From positions 117,244,001 through 117,308,000 of the forward strand of contig NC_086108.1 of NCBI RefSeq assembly GCF_963921235.1: a DNA stretch of 64,000 nucleotides, written 5' to 3'. Every line of letters begins with the position of its first letter. The first letter of the stretch is position 1. A program made the translations under genes and the position numbers. This stretch comes from Mobula hypostoma. Lineage: Eukaryota. Shown here piece by piece: positions 62,831 through 64,000 of this stretch. The notes under the pieces are model-generated. The model was given only the letters and a program-made list of their open reading frames with translations, was not told the DNA's origin and did no database searches.

Positions 62831-63399
62831 GTACAATAACAGTATTTCCAGAGGGGCAGATAGTCAGACAGTGTGTATGTCTTTTGCAAACCCTTCCGTA
62901 GTTGCACAGACACCTGAAGAGCAGACTATCTGTTGGATGGAAGTGACCAACAACCCTGATAGAGGCAGATGCCAAGTTTTTAAGCTCACCAGTGGGAGGT
63001 GGTGCTTTAGCACTGCTGGCCCACCACCTCGAGGGAGCCTTGATCATAAGCGGGCCGAAACTCCTGAAGGCAGGTGGCAGATCAACTGATGATCCCACCG
63101 GTGATAGCACAGGACAGTTAACATCTTAGTCCACGTGTATTTTCAATTCTGGATCTAGATCAATGAGGGAATGCGCTGAAGAGTGGTTAATGGGTTTCAA
63201 AGAGGTATGAGATGATGCATTTGATTTGAATTGAATTGATTTTATTTCTTACATCCTTCACATACACGAGGAGTAAAAACCTTTACGTTACGTCTCCGTT
63301 AGAGCTGCAGATCAGTCCAGTGGAGGACATGATCAGTTGGGTAGGTGGGCTGAGGATCGGCCAATGGGAGCAAAACAACAAATTTCATGTCATATTCAG

Positions 63400-64000
63400 A
63401 TTCAGAACATAGAACACAACAGTACGGTACAGGCCCTTCAGCCCATCATGTTGTACCAATCTTTAACCTACTCTAAGATCAATCTCATTCTTCCTCTTAC
63501 ATGACTGTCCATTTTTCAATCATCCATGTGACTATCTAAGAGTTTCTTCAATGGCCCCCATGAATCTGGCTCTATCACCACCTCTGACAGGGCATTGCAT
63601 GTACTCACCTCTGACTCTCAGTGTAAAAAAATCTATCTCTGACAATACCCAGATTCAGATTCATAGAAACATAGAAAACCTACAGCACAATACAGGTCCT
63701 TTAGCCTACAATGCTTTAGAAATTACCTAGGGTTATACATAGCCCTCTATTTTTCTAAGCTCCAAGTACTTATCCAGGAGCCTCTTAAAAGACCCTATCA
63801 TATCCGCCTCCACCACCATCGCCAGCAGCCCATTCCACGCACTCACCACTCACTGTGTAGAAAATTTACCCCTGACACCACCTCTGTACCTACTTCCAAG
63901 CACCTTAAAAGTCTGCCCTCTCGTGTTAGCCATTTCAGCCATGGAAAAAAGCCTCTGACTATCCACATGATCAATGCCTCTCATTATCTTATACACCTCT
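63400..64000 (-). mobile_element. CR1 3' fragments; the second (from ~63662) is of the same subfamily as 34846-35910
   Basis: The TAGAAACATAGAAAACCTACAGCACAATACA end is shared with the copy at 34846. Confidence 0.85.

Overview
This is eukaryotic (vertebrate) genomic DNA, most likely a cartilaginous fish, inferred from the dense CR1/Penelope/Tx1/Rex1 repeat content. The only host gene is on the minus strand: the first two coding exons of a clade-B fibrillar collagen, COL11A1-like. Exon 1 (47219-47321) encodes a signal peptide and exon 2 (30530-30697, 168 bp) starts the TSPN domain. The ORF track misses exon 2. Intron 2 runs off the left edge. It holds a decayed, near full-length Tx1-clade LINE (about 16.1-29.5 kb) with up to four levels of nested insertions: CR1, a Harbinger-like MITE, and Penelope elements carrying minimal hammerhead ribozymes. 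It also holds a 35-bp satellite of at least 16 kb (about 460 copies) with kb-scale higher-order duplications. The key observation is that the satellite monomer is the in-frame continuation of the Tx1 ORF2 C-terminal zinc-finger coding sequence (RFTDTVSTCPLCG), so the array appears to have arisen in place from the LINE. The rest of the window is CR1 LINE debris, one tRNA-SINE, two minisatellites and the CpG-rich collagen promoter. Most TE boundaries are approximate, and family calls come from recalled motifs rather than database searches.
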